This document shows positions 1 to 10,042 of a stretch of 64,000 nt of DNA, one piece after another. A program made the translations under genes and the position numbers. Position 1 is the first letter of the stretch, and every line of letters begins with the position of its first letter. The stretch comes from Vibrio sp. (GTDB taxonomy: Bacteria; Pseudomonadota; Gammaproteobacteria; Enterobacterales; Vibrionaceae): assembly GCA_028131545.1 (NCBI GenBank), contig JAOICL010000001.1, positions 6,661-70,660 of the forward strand, in the 5' to 3' direction. The notes beneath the pieces are model-generated. The model saw only the letters and a program-made list of their open reading frames with translations, was not told the origin of the DNA and ran no database searches.

Positions 1-401
1 CGCGTGGCAATTTTAGAGACAATGGTCGAATTAGCGAGTGACGAAAAAGCTAAGCCACCGTATTCTTTTGCAATAATAAGTGAAAAGAAGCGCTCTTTTC
101 GCATATAAGTCCAAACGTCTTTAGGGAGATCTCTATCGTGCTTCAAGATCTGATGATCATCGATCATAGACAATAACGTTTCTAGCTGGTTATCCATGAA
201 AGATTGTTCTTCTTCTGACAGCGTTGGTTTAGGGTAGCTGTGCAGCTTTTTGAAATCAGGTGTACCAGAAAAAAGCTCACCGTCCCACCAAACACTCCCA
301 GCTTCCATCGCTTCTTTTTCAGTATTGGATAGTGGTGGCAGCACTTTCTTAAACAACTTGAATGCTGGGTCACTGAACCATTTTCTTCGTAATGTTGTCA
401 T
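1..401 (-). CDS. fadE: acyl-CoA dehydrogenase FadE, N-terminal part (runs off the window edge)
   Basis: Manual translation from ATG 401: MTTLRRKWFSDPAFKLFKKVLPPLSNTEKEAMEAGSVWWDGELFSGTPDF... The LPPLSxTExEAMEAGxVWWDGELFSG motif is typical of FadE. Absent from the ORF track because no stop codon lies in the window. Confidence 0.9.
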   Translation of the reverse strand, partial: MTTLRRKWFSDPAFKLFKKVLPPLSNTEKEAMEAGSVWWDGELFSGTPDFKKLHSYPKPTLSEEEQSFMDNQLETLLSMIDDHQILKHDRDLPKDVWTYMRKERFFSLIIAKEYGGLAFSSLANSTIVSKIAT

Positions 402-497
402 ACCCATCCCCTTAGCAGGTCGATTGCACGTATCATCTTTGATAGATAAGTTTTAGCGAACAAACTCATCATTGCTTGTTATCTATACTATTAAATT

Positions 498-514
498 TAC
501 TCATCAGACCAGTT
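498..514. promoter_or_regulatory. FadR operator upstream of fadE
   Basis: Minus strand AACTGGTCTGATGAGTA matches the FadR consensus AACTGGTCnGACCAGTT; about 100 bp upstream of a beta-oxidation gene. Confidence 0.75.
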
Positions 515-632
515 ATTTTCAAATTTATTTATGGATAGGAAAGATAAAGAGAGTGATTGACCTTACAAAATAGAACTACCCCATTGATTTATAAAGGGAA
601 TAAATTTATTTGAAAAAATATGATTTATTTTT

Positions 633-659
633 GGAACTAAAGGCGAAACTGCCCGTCTA
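633..659 (+). promoter_or_regulatory. sigmaE (RpoE/sigma24) promoter
   Basis: GGAACT-N16-GTCTA, matching the sigmaE consensus GGAACTT-N16-(G)TCnAA. Confidence 0.75.
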
Positions 660-665
660 TATATA

Positions 666-770
666 AGTATTCACAGTAACACTGCCATGTAGACACTTTG
701 ATTACACATTGCTTTTTTTCATTTTAATTCCTTTTATTACGCCCATAACACTTTTGTTATGGGTTTTTTT
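666..770 (+). ncRNA. vrrA: VrrA-like sigmaE-dependent small RNA
   Basis: Lies between the sigmaE promoter and an intrinsic terminator (CCCATAACA-cttt-TGTTATGGG-T7). Contains CATTGCTTTTTTT, a variant of the RybB/MicV/VrrA seed CRCTGCTTTT, followed by TTAATTCC...TACGCCCA as I recall for the VrrA 3' half. Sits near fadE, as I recall for V. cholerae vrrA. The 5' end is approximate. Confidence 0.7.
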
Positions 771-847
771 ATGCCTATTACAGGGTACTGATCTACACAC
801 TGACTCGTTCACTCTTTTTCTTTCTTTTTTTTTAAACATTAAAATAC

Positions 848-882
848 AAAAAAGCACCGCTCTTAAAAAGAAGCAGTGCTTT
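848..882 (-). terminator. intrinsic terminator of the lipoprotein gene
   Basis: AAAGCAC...GTGCTTT stem with a U-tract on the minus strand, downstream of the stop at 960. Confidence 0.6.
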
Positions 883-959
883 AGTAACGTGTATAACGCA
901 ATTTAAAATGTGCTTTTAGTGGCTATAAGATACAATAGCTAAAATGGGAAGAGGAAAAC

Positions 960-2120
960 TTAGAATAAATTCATTTCAGCGATACCATTATTATCAATAG
1001 CGTAGGTCGTGTGAATGTACTCTTCTTCAATCATCAACACGACTTCAAAACCATCATTTATATGCTCTATCGCCATACGTTCGACAGGTACATCCTTCCA
1101 AAAAGAGCGTGTATATTCAAAGAGATCGTTGTTTTTCTTAAACACATGAATTGAGCTTGAACGATCACTCACAACCAGCGTATCTTGATTTGCAATCAAA
1201 GATGATAACCCAAATTCCATGTCTGCCGTTGGATAAGGGAAAGCTAATTCTTGCCAATCTTCATTATTACAAACAAAGAATGCTCGCCCAGCATGATCAA
1301 CTGACACTACGCTCTTATCTTTAGCCGAGATAATCGTACAAAGGCCATCATCACTCAAATAGGTCACTTCTAGAATATCATCATGAAGCGCGTTCGGAAT
1401 AGTCTCCGACCACAGAGTACTGTTTGATTCATTATCTTGAATGCTTAATAGGTTGCCAACAATATCGGTAGAGTAGAGAGAAAAGGCACTATGAAAGCCA
1501 AGTAAGCTATCTCCATTCGGATTGTAGGAAATAAGAGAATCATTAAATTCATCGGCTTCGTCAATCACGTTCTGATCAACAATAACTTCATTATAATCAT
1601 CTAGGTTAGTCTCTTTAACGGTGGTTTTAGCAACAGAGCCATTAACGACGACTTGACCCAGTACCTTTTTATCTGACGTTAGAGTTTCACCTTTAGGAAT
1701 GATGATCGCATCACCGTACCCAATATTCACATTATCGAAAAACCAGTGTACTTCTTGGTTCTGATTGTGTTTTGATGCCGTAATGTACGTGTGTGTGTCC
1801 GTTTCCCATGTTTCAATATCAACATGTTGGCTGTTTTCACACGAAGCATCTGAACAATACGTTGTAAATTCAATCGGCGCTAATGTCGCTGAGGGTAAAT
1901 ACGTTGTTAGAGTGTCATTGGCTTGAGGATCATTGGTTTGAGGATCATTGACTTGAAAGTCTTCGGTTGAATGAAGGGGGTTCGCGGTCTCGATAATCGT
2001 TTGACGATAACTCGACACACTAGACTCGTTCATGCTAGTCGCACTGGTATTATCTGCTTCCATCGTCTGTTCACATCCTGTGAAAAGAAGAGCAGTAAAT
2101 AATAATCCCAATTTATGCAT
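960..2120 (-). CDS. acidic hypothetical lipoprotein
   Basis: 386 aa ORF; lipobox LLFTG/C; NDPQT-NDPQA-NDT repeat; C-terminal FG-GAP/beta-propeller-like segment (EFGLSSL...DTLVVS...IHVF). Confidence 0.75.
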   Translation of the reverse strand: MHKLGLLFTALLFTGCEQTMEADNTSATSMNESSVSSYRQTIIETANPLHSTEDFQVNDPQTNDPQANDTLTTYLPSATLAPIEFTTYCSDASCENSQHVDIETWETDTHTYITASKHNQNQEVHWFFDNVNIGYGDAIIIPKGETLTSDKKVLGQVVVNGSVAKTTVKETNLDDYNEVIVDQNVIDEADEFNDSLISYNPNGDSLLGFHSAFSLYSTDIVGNLLSIQDNESNSTLWSETIPNALHDDILEVTYLSDDGLCTIISAKDKSVVSVDHAGRAFFVCNNEDWQELAFPYPTADMEFGLSSLIANQDTLVVSDRSSSIHVFKKNNDLFEYTRSFWKDVPVERMAIEHINDGFEVVLMIEEEYIHTTYAIDNNGIAEMNLF

Positions 2121-2291
2121 ATATGTTATATCCCTATAAGATCGCTTTTACATCCATTAAAAGCTGTTAACACAATAGAAAACTATCATGATAAATCACC
2201 ATGATAGTTTGAAATACGTGACTGCTATCACTCCATAATAAATCAATTTATTGAACGGCTGATATTGGCGCTAACTGATACAGAAAACGAC

Positions 2292-3146
2292 TTATAATTT
2301 GGTCACTTTAAAGGTTTCAGATGGGTTTACAATTTCTTCTTGAGCGGCAATCGTTTGAAGCTCCCACTCCCCTCTTGCATGGGTTTCCTTAAGGATGCCA
2401 TAGCATGCGTTGTGTGCATGTTCAAAGGCTTCCATCGGTGATTTTCCTGAAATCAATCCACCGGTGAATAACGCAGAAATTAGGTCACCGACACCGACAG
2501 GTTGTTTATCAAAATCTAAATGAGGACGTTGTGCAAGATAGTGGCCTTCTTTTGTCGCTAGCATCATACTGAAAGAGTCATCCGAAACACTATGAAGATG
2601 CTTAACTAATACGATAGATGGGCCTTTCTCTAACGCTTTATCACAGGCTACTTTTGCATCCTCAAGACACTGAATATCCATTCCACTAAATTGAGCCAGT
2701 TCGAATTGGTTAGGTACAATCACATCAGCAGCTGGCATGACATGATTAATTAACGCATCTTCAATACCCGGGGCGACAATACACCCTTTCTCTGGTGAGC
2801 CCATAACGGGGTCACAGACATATAATGCATTAGGGTTGGCTGCTTTTATCTCTTTCACAACGTCTATCATGGCAGCACATTGGTCCGCCGTTCCTTGATA
2901 ACCTGATAGTACGGCTTCACAGTTTTTTAATTGATCGATGTTTTTTAGACCCTGCGTCAATTCCAAAATATCCTCAGCAGAAAAAGGCTTACCCGTCCAT
3001 CCTTCTTGATACTGCGTATGATTAGAGAATTGTACCGTATGGATCGGCCAGGTTTCAAAGCCCATTCTTTGAAGAGGAAAAACAGCAGAACTGTTACCTG
3101 CATGACCATAAACAACATGCGACTGAATTGATAAGATGCCTTTCAT
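2292..3146 (-). CDS. pdxY: pyridoxal kinase
   Basis: [38 protein letters not shown] and GVGD motifs. Confidence 0.95.
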   Translation of the reverse strand: MKGILSIQSHVVYGHAGNSSAVFPLQRMGFETWPIHTVQFSNHTQYQEGWTGKPFSAEDILELTQGLKNIDQLKNCEAVLSGYQGTADQCAAMIDVVKEIKAANPNALYVCDPVMGSPEKGCIVAPGIEDALINHVMPAADVIVPNQFELAQFSGMDIQCLEDAKVACDKALEKGPSIVLVKHLHSVSDDSFSMMLATKEGHYLAQRPHLDFDKQPVGVGDLISALFTGGLISGKSPMEAFEHAHNACYGILKETHARGEWELQTIAAQEEIVNPSETFKVTKL

Positions 3147-3227
3147 AAACCACTCAAACTGTATGTAATTAATTTTATTTTACGGAAGAATACTCTATTT
3201 ACATCAAAAAATCTTGACTCAACTAAC

Positions 3228-3255
3228 AAAAAAGCCAGCTAAATGCTGGCTTTTT
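3228..3255. terminator. intrinsic terminator after the small OMP gene
   Basis: AAAAAAGCCAGC-taaat-GCTGGCTTTTT. Confidence 0.75.
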
Positions 3256-3315
3256 AAGGGGGTTATCTAAAAATAAACATTGAGTTATCTGTTTATCGTA
3301 GGTGTATTGCCCTAC

Positions 3316-3816
3316 TTATAATAGATGTATCGTCGCTGTTACGTTTAAGCTGGTTGTTTCGCCATCACCCATTTCGTAAATCATGTAGTTTGCACCTACT
3401 GCAACCGGTCCAAAAACCTCAACATCAAAGCCAACGCCATACATTAAATCTAGGTCATCGTCGTCATAACTTGAATTATCATCTGAAGCGACATCCCAAC
3501 TATGAAGGCCAGCCTTACCGTACACTTGAATACCACCTAAATTGATACTCGGTTTGACCGCTGCATAAACCGACGAGACAGTAACATCACTAGCACCCAA
3601 TAGCTCAAATTCACCGTGATTAACATAACCGGCTTCAACACCAATGATAGGCAATAAACCAGTACCAACATGAACACTGTACGTGGTTTGTTCATCATCT
3701 TGGTTAGTGATCTCGTAATCGGCCTGACCTACTGAAACACCACCGTACAGTAATGAATCTGCCATTGCAGTCGATGATGCGCCAAGTAAAGCTAGAGTAA
3801 GTAGAGTCTTTTTCAT
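3316..3816 (-). CDS. small outer-membrane beta-barrel protein (OmpA-like transmembrane domain)
   Basis: Signal peptide MKKTLLTLALLGASSTAMA; YGGVSVGQA, GVEAGYVNHG, YGKAG and MYGVG beta-strand pattern. Confidence 0.85.
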   Translation of the reverse strand: MKKTLLTLALLGASSTAMADSLLYGGVSVGQADYEITNQDDEQTTYSVHVGTGLLPIIGVEAGYVNHGEFELLGASDVTVSSVYAAVKPSINLGGIQVYGKAGLHSWDVASDDNSSYDDDDLDLMYGVGFDVEVFGPVAVGANYMIYEMGDGETTSLNVTATIHLL

Positions 3817-3997
3817 AATGGTATCTCTCTTTATATATGACCGTCTTTATATAAGACAATGTCGTCAGCAATAGTGATTTTTAAAAGCGCAACCATGCAC
3901 CTCAAAATCGAATTTAATTACATCATTTCATTATCAGTGAATGCATAACAATCTTAGCTACTACTGAGAACTGCCTGTTAAAACACAGCGTTCAAAC

Positions 3998-6900
3998 TTA
4001 AAGATTATCCATCGCATTAATAATTCGTTTATCCGATATCGGGTAAGGCGTTCCAAGCTGTTGAGCAAAGTAACTGACTCGTAGCTCTTCAAGCATCCAA
4101 CGAACTTCTTTCACCGATTCTGGTACTTCTACTCCTTTCGGAATTTTATTCAGTAACTCTTTATAACGTTTGGTTACCGATTCAATCTTTAACATTTGCA
4201 AACGATCTTTATTTGGATCCTTTGGTAATTTTTCTAATCTTCGTTCGACTGCCTTTAGATACCTTAGAAGATCCGGTAACTTATTCCAACCTGTCTGAGT
4301 CACAAATCCAGGATAAATCAACCCTTCTACCTGAGCTTTAATGTCTGACATGGCAAAGGCCATCGTAAAATCAATTCGCCCTTTCAGTTTCTTACTGATA
4401 TTGAAAGCCGTCGTTAATATCACTTCAACCTGCTTTGCCGTTTCTACGACCGCTTCATTCAACTCTGCACGAACAAATTCTTTCAGTGCCTCGAACTCAT
4501 CAGGTGACCAAACGATACCACCTTTATCGGCAATCAATTTGTCGATAGTACACGCAATACAATCGTCGATAAGGTTTATGACCTTCCCGTATGGGTTAAA
4601 GTACAGACCCAACTTCGATTTATTCGGTAAGTTCGAATGCAAATAACGAATTGGCGAAGGCACATTCAAAAGAACCAATCTTCTTTGCCCTTGCTGCATC
4701 GCCTGAATTTGTTCTTGTTCAGTTTCAAACAACTTTATTTCTGTACTGTCTTTATTATCGACCAGTGCAGGGAATGCTTTGACTTTAAAGCCTCCCTTCT
4801 TCTGTTCATAGACCTTAGGCAGATCACCAAATGTCCATGATTTGACATTTTTTTGCTCGATGTCATCGTCAGCCACTTGAGATAATGTCTCTTGTACTTT
4901 TTCTTTTAAGCTGTCTTTTAATTCAAATAAGTTTTGATCTTCTTTCAACTTACGTTGTTTATGATCCACTGCTCGATACGTCACTTTTAGATGATCCGGG
5001 ATCTGATCCAAATTCCAAGAATCTCTTAGGATCTCAACCCCTGTCATTCGACGAAGTTCTTTTTCTAGTGAATCTAGCAACGGCATATCGAATGCTTTTG
5101 ATCTACTAAGGAAAGCATCGGCGTAATTTGGCGCTGGTACAAAGTTTTTACGCAGTGTTTTTGGTAAAGATTTGATCAAGCTCACAACTAACTCATGACG
5201 AAGCCCCGGAATTTGCCAATCAAAGTCGATTTGTTCGATTTGGTTCAAAATAGGTAACGGAATATGAACAGTCACACCATCGTTGTCTTCACCTGGTTCA
5301 AACTGATAAGTTAGCTTTAATTTGTGACTGCCTTGATGCCAAAAGTTAGGGTAATCCAAATCAGTAACATGACTGGCATCCCCTTTCATTAACATCTCTT
5401 TTTCAAAATTAAGCAGGTCTTTATTTTCGTTAGATGCTTTTTTCCACCAAGAATCAAAGTGCTTACCAGAGACAGCATCGGTGCTTACTCTTTGATCGTA
5501 GAAATCAAATAAATCATCATCATCCACTAAAATATCACGGCGACGTGATTTATGTTCAAGCTCTTCAACTTCCTTCAACAGTCTTTGGTTTTGCTTGAAG
5601 AAAACATGTCGAGTATCCCAGTCACCTTCGACTAACGCACTTCTTAAGAATATCTCGCGGCTCACAACAGGATCGATGCTACCATAGCTAATCAATCGTT
5701 TAGGAACGATTGGAATGCCGTAGATAGTCACTTTCTCATGCGCCATTACCGCAGCACGTTTCTTCGACCAATGTGGTTCACTGTACGTACGTTTGATAAG
5801 GTGCTTAGCGACCGGCTCAACCCACTCGGGCTGTATTTTAGCGATGATACGTCCCCATAACTTCGAGGTTTCGACCAACTCAGCTGACATGATCCACTTT
5901 GGTTGCTTTTTAAATAAGCCAGAGCCCGGGAAAATATGAAAACGCGCATTACGTGCGCCATGGTATTCATTCTTCTCCTGATCTTTCATACCAATATGAG
6001 ACAATAAGCCAACTAGAATAGCGCTATGCACACTGTTATAGCTCGCTTCAGAATCATTCACTCGGTAATCCATCCCTTTCATTGCTTGATTGATCTGGAA
6101 ATACACATCCTGCCATTCACGTATACGTAAATAATTGAGGTGATCTTGCTTACATTGTTTTCTAAATTGATTCGATGTCAGCTCTTTTTGCTTCTCTTTA
6201 ATGTATTCCCAAAGATTAACAAAGGTTAAGAAGTCGGAATCTTCATGGAAAAATCGACGATGTTTCTCATCCGCTGATTGTTGTTTATCACTTGGCCTTT
6301 CTCTTGGATCTTGAATGGATAAAGCCGATGCAATGATCATGAGCTCTTTAACACAGCCTAACTTCGGTGCTTCCAGAACCATTCGAGCCAATCTCGGGTC
6401 AATCGGCAGCTTAGCAAGCTGTCGTCCCATATTGGTTAAGCGTTTTTTGTTATCTTGCTTATCCTGTGATTGCTCTTGTATCGCGCCTAATTCACTTAAG
6501 AGTCGAACACCATCTTGAATATTACGGCTATCCGGTGCTTCAACGAATGGGAAAGCTTGAATATCACCTAAGCCTAGTGCGGTCATTTGAAGAATAACGG
6601 ACGCTAGATTAGTTCGAAGGATTTCAGGGTCCGTGAATTCAGGACGAGACAAGAAATCATCTTCAGAATAGAGACGAATACAGATACCTTCTTCAACACG
6701 ACCACAACGACCTTTACGCTGATTTGCACTGGCTTGAGAGATCGCTTCAATGGGTAATCGCTGAACTTTGGTTCGGTAACTGTATCGGCTGATACGAGCT
6801 GTTCCCGGATCAATGACATATTTAATTCCAGGTACAGTTAAAGAAGTTTCAGCGACGTTCGTGGCTAAAACAATGCGTCTTCCTGTATGAGGTTGGAAAA

Positions 6901-7954
6901 TACGATTTTGTTCACTCGCGGTTAATCTTGCATACAAAGGGACAACTTCAGTATCACGCAACTTACGCTTAGATAAGGCTTCTGCTGTATCTCGGATCTC
7001 ACGCTCACCATTCATGAAGATCAGAATATCGCCCAAGCCTTCATCACAAAGCTCATCAACGGCTTCAAAGATACCTTCTAATTGATCGCGATCGGCATCG
7101 TCATCTTCTTTCAGAGGGCGGTAACGTAAATCAACAGGATAAGTTCGGCCAGACACTTCAATAATAGGAGCATCATTAAAATGATTAGAAAAACGTTCAG
7201 GATCGATCGTTGCTGATGTAATGATGATCTTAAGATCGGGACGTTTAGGAAGTAATTCTTTGAGGTAACCTAAAATGAAATCAATGTTTAAGCTTCGTTC
7301 GTGAGCTTCATCAATGATGATAGTGTCATACTTGCTTAGATAGCAATCATGCTGGATCTCTGCCAGCAAAATACCATCCGTCATTAACTTGATCTGCGTA
7401 TTATCCGAGACTTGATCATTAAATCGAACTTTGTAGCCAACAAACTCACCTAATGGCGTTTTCATTTCTTCTGCAATTCGATTCGCAACGGATCGCGCGG
7501 CTAAACGTCTTGGCTGTGTGTGACCAATTAAGCCATATTGACCTCGACCAAGCTCCGCACAAATTTTTGGCAACTGAGTGGTTTTACCCGATCCCGTTTC
7601 ACCAGCAACAATAACGACTTGATTATTTTTTATCGCTTCTGCTATATCGTCTCTTTTTTGACTAACCGGTAAAATTTCAGGGTATTCAATCGTAATCGGT
7701 TGTGCGGCTCTTTGCTGAACTTGGGACATGGATTGTGCTATGTCTAAGGCAATGTCATCAAACGCTGAAAAACGCGATGCGTCTTTTTTAATGCGACTGG
7801 CACCTGAAATGCGCTTATTTAAGCGAAAACGATCTTTAATCATACAATCCTTCAACGCTTTTCGAAGTGCTGAAGGGGTATTGTGAGTTTTCGATTGACC
7901 ATTAGAGTTGGATGAAAGGTCTGCCGAAGAAGAGGTGTTTTGGTCTTTAGACAT
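3998..7954 (-). CDS. hrpA: ATP-dependent RNA helicase HrpA
   Basis: GETGSGKTTQ, DEAH, SAT and QRKGRCGR motifs; 1318 aa; C-terminal LEELRVSYFAQ. Confidence 0.97.
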   Translation of the reverse strand: MSKDQNTSSSADLSSNSNGQSKTHNTPSALRKALKDCMIKDRFRLNKRISGASRIKKDASRFSAFDDIALDIAQSMSQVQQRAAQPITIEYPEILPVSQKRDDIAEAIKNNQVVIVAGETGSGKTTQLPKICAELGRGQYGLIGHTQPRRLAARSVANRIAEEMKTPLGEFVGYKVRFNDQVSDNTQIKLMTDGILLAEIQHDCYLSKYDTIIIDEAHERSLNIDFILGYLKELLPKRPDLKIIITSATIDPERFSNHFNDAPIIEVSGRTYPVDLRYRPLKEDDDADRDQLEGIFEAVDELCDEGLGDILIFMNGEREIRDTAEALSKRKLRDTEVVPLYARLTASEQNRIFQPHTGRRIVLATNVAETSLTVPGIKYVIDPGTARISRYSYRTKVQRLPIEAISQASANQRKGRCGRVEEGICIRLYSEDDFLSRPEFTDPEILRTNLASVILQMTALGLGDIQAFPFVEAPDSRNIQDGVRLLSELGAIQEQSQDKQDNKKRLTNMGRQLAKLPIDPRLARMVLEAPKLGCVKELMIIASALSIQDPRERPSDKQQSADEKHRRFFHEDSDFLTFVNLWEYIKEKQKELTSNQFRKQCKQDHLNYLRIREWQDVYFQINQAMKGMDYRVNDSEASYNSVHSAILVGLLSHIGMKDQEKNEYHGARNARFHIFPGSGLFKKQPKWIMSAELVETSKLWGRIIAKIQPEWVEPVAKHLIKRTYSEPHWSKKRAAVMAHEKVTIYGIPIVPKRLISYGSIDPVVSREIFLRSALVEGDWDTRHVFFKQNQRLLKEVEELEHKSRRRDILVDDDDLFDFYDQRVSTDAVSGKHFDSWWKKASNENKDLLNFEKEMLMKGDASHVTDLDYPNFWHQGSHKLKLTYQFEPGEDNDGVTVHIPLPILNQIEQIDFDWQIPGLRHELVVSLIKSLPKTLRKNFVPAPNYADAFLSRSKAFDMPLLDSLEKELRRMTGVEILRDSWNLDQIPDHLKVTYRAVDHKQRKLKEDQNLFELKDSLKEKVQETLSQVADDDIEQKNVKSWTFGDLPKVYEQKKGGFKVKAFPALVDNKDSTEIKLFETEQEQIQAMQQGQRRLVLLNVPSPIRYLHSNLPNKSKLGLYFNPYGKVINLIDDCIACTIDKLIADKGGIVWSPDEFEALKEFVRAELNEAVVETAKQVEVILTTAFNISKKLKGRIDFTMAFAMSDIKAQVEGLIYPGFVTQTGWNKLPDLLRYLKAVERRLEKLPKDPNKDRLQMLKIESVTKRYKELLNKIPKGVEVPESVKEVRWMLEELRVSYFAQQLGTPYPISDKRIINAMDNL

Positions 7955-8029
7955 AGGATCGGTATCAATACTAAAATATAAAATTGCTTTGATTATATCA
8001 TAATGTTGATGACTCGATAAGTTACCCGA

Positions 8030-9208
8030 TTAAAGATGCTTAGTAATATTCCAATAAGCGACTTGTTCTTTTTCACTATAAGCGATGTCTAAACTGGAAT
8101 ATAGACTTAACGTTGTATCCATCACGAAAACAACACTGGAACCGAACGTGTGAAACTGCTCTGTATGAACTTGGCCTTTTAGATTCTTTTCAACAAGACC
8201 AAGGCCTGTGAATGCCGATACAGACCAATTTGAGTCAATTAGCCATGTTGTTTCAGCTTGCAGACTCATCGCTAGATCACCTTGGAATCGATGATGTGCT
8301 AAACCCTTAAGTTCTAATTCTGGGTACACCATAGGTGGTAAGTAATCATTGTCTGTGTAAAGTTGGTTAAAGCCAGACTCCACTGATACATTCATTCTCT
8401 CTGAGATAGGGTAATAATGTGTTGCTTCTATTTCTAAACGGTTGTACTCAATCGTGCTGCCAAATGAATCATTATACGATAAGAAGTGCGCATCAAATTC
8501 TGAACCTGAAGTTGGATTGAAATAACTATTCGTATTGTTGTATTCAAGTGATACGCCCAACGCTGACAGTACCATTTCAGATTCCACTAAATTGGCATTA
8601 AACGCATTATGATAATTATTGCTATTAGGCGTTAGCTCTGGCATTAAATACGTATGCACTACACCTAAAAACCATTGTGAATGATTGACTCTAAGTTGAG
8701 CTTCTTGAAACCCACCTGAGCCACGAATATTCGTATTGAGAACATCGCTATCATCACTATAAGATACAAAGTAATCCATGTTGGTATTGCCACTGAACAT
8801 TGAGCTAGTGTAACGAACGCGATCATCATCCCACGTATGACGATGAGCTGAAAATGTTGCCCAGCTGCCATCTTCTGATTTCAATGTACCAAACAAAGTC
8901 ATATTAGGAATTTGTAATGAAGCATTCGACATATTACTTGTTGCTTCCATTGCTTCACGCTCAATTCGCTCATTATTGGTTTCATGAAGGGCCACGCCAA
9001 CCACACCCTTACTGTGTGTTCCTTTTGTTCGAGATGAAATCAAAGGCAATGGCATGAAGCCTGAAATATCTTGGGCTAAGTAATTACCCATTTTTGCTTT
9101 GTGCTCTACCGAGCCATTCGACGCATTCGAATTCACACTAAAGATAGACGCCACGACTAACATTAGCATGTTGTTAAAGACTCTATTTTTTGTGAAAGAT
9201 AAATGCAT
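8030..9208 (-). CDS. Omp85/BamA-TamA-like outer-membrane barrel without POTRA domains (divergent)
   Basis: Signal peptide; YNNTNSYFNPTSG resembles the Omp85 YDxRDxxxxPxxG motif; amphipathic strands; LDIAYS near the C-terminus. Confidence 0.65.
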   Translation of the reverse strand: MHLSFTKNRVFNNMLMLVVASIFSVNSNASNGSVEHKAKMGNYLAQDISGFMPLPLISSRTKGTHSKGVVGVALHETNNERIEREAMEATSNMSNASLQIPNMTLFGTLKSEDGSWATFSAHRHTWDDDRVRYTSSMFSGNTNMDYFVSYSDDSDVLNTNIRGSGGFQEAQLRVNHSQWFLGVVHTYLMPELTPNSNNYHNAFNANLVESEMVLSALGVSLEYNNTNSYFNPTSGSEFDAHFLSYNDSFGSTIEYNRLEIEATHYYPISERMNVSVESGFNQLYTDNDYLPPMVYPELELKGLAHHRFQGDLAMSLQAETTWLIDSNWSVSAFTGLGLVEKNLKGQVHTEQFHTFGSSVVFVMDTTLSLYSSLDIAYSEKEQVAYWNITKHL

Positions 9209-9571
9209 GAATAACCCTATTTGGTATTTGACTGCCTGACATCATGTCCGCAGTTTAGTTTGTCTGTTATTGATGTCATCTATTTTCCTAAAAATTCCTT
9301 TCAATAACATCAACCCAGCGTAATCAATTGCTAATCACTGCATAACAAAAATATAAAACAAATTAAAAACAACGAGTTATTGAGTTTTCAATATTAAACA
9401 CGGGGAGTATAAAAACAACAACAAATATTCACTTTAGAGTTTTAACTCTACGAAATAATCATGATCTTACCTATTTAAGACTTATTTATGCCTCGAGAGA
9501 AAGCGCAAATTAATGACATATGCTGGCGTTAACACTAAGATTATGAGTGCCGTCTTGATTATTTGGTTACT

Positions 9572-9946
9572 ATGAATACACATACTTTCATGCAACAGCT
9601 TCAGAGCATATTAACTGAATCACAACTGAGTGAAGGGAAAGGCGATATTGAAATGGTCTCTGGGGAGGAGTGGTTACCCGAACGACTTCTGTCTATGAAG
9701 CTCGACAATAACCTACTCTTTTTAACGTTTGATGATGCCCCGATAGACGATGAAAATATAGAAAGAGGCTTGGTCGACCATGAAGTCGACCTCATCAAAA
9801 CTTTATTAAGTCGTGTTTTAAAAGAAGCGGATGAACAAACCAAGATTAAGAAACTCTTACTATTAATTATGCTTGCCCATAAGCAAAGCAGTAATGAGTT
9901 AGTCGAGTCCTTAGAAAAGATACTCTTAACTGAGTATCCAGATTAA
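9572..9946 (+). CDS. conserved hypothetical protein
   Basis: 124 aa acidic ORF from ATG 9572; convergent with the exonuclease. Confidence 0.7.
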   Translation: MNTHTFMQQLQSILTESQLSEGKGDIEMVSGEEWLPERLLSMKLDNNLLFLTFDDAPIDDENIERGLVDHEVDLIKTLLSRVLKEADEQTKIKKLLLLIMLAHKQSSNELVESLEKILLTEYPD

Positions 9947-9991
9947 ATCCGCTGATAAGGCGATTGAAAGATAGAATCTGCTTCTAGCTCT

Positions 9992-10042
9992 TCTTTGGTT
10001 ACAGTATTTCTTTTGTTACAGCCTCTCTTTTATTACAGCATC
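9992..10042. repeat. degenerate 17-bp tandem repeat x3
   Basis: tctttggttacagtatt / tcttttgttacagcctc / tcttttattacagcatc. Confidence 0.7.

Noticed and set aside
182-456. ORF-track entries 182..373 (-) and 250..456 (+)
   Set aside because: Alternative-frame or antisense shadows of fadE, which occupies 1-401 on the minus strand
709-906. 65-aa hydrophobic ORF as a membrane peptide or toxin
   Set aside because: TTG start without an RBS; it runs through the sRNA terminator and a second terminator, and its hydrophobicity comes from T-rich non-coding DNA
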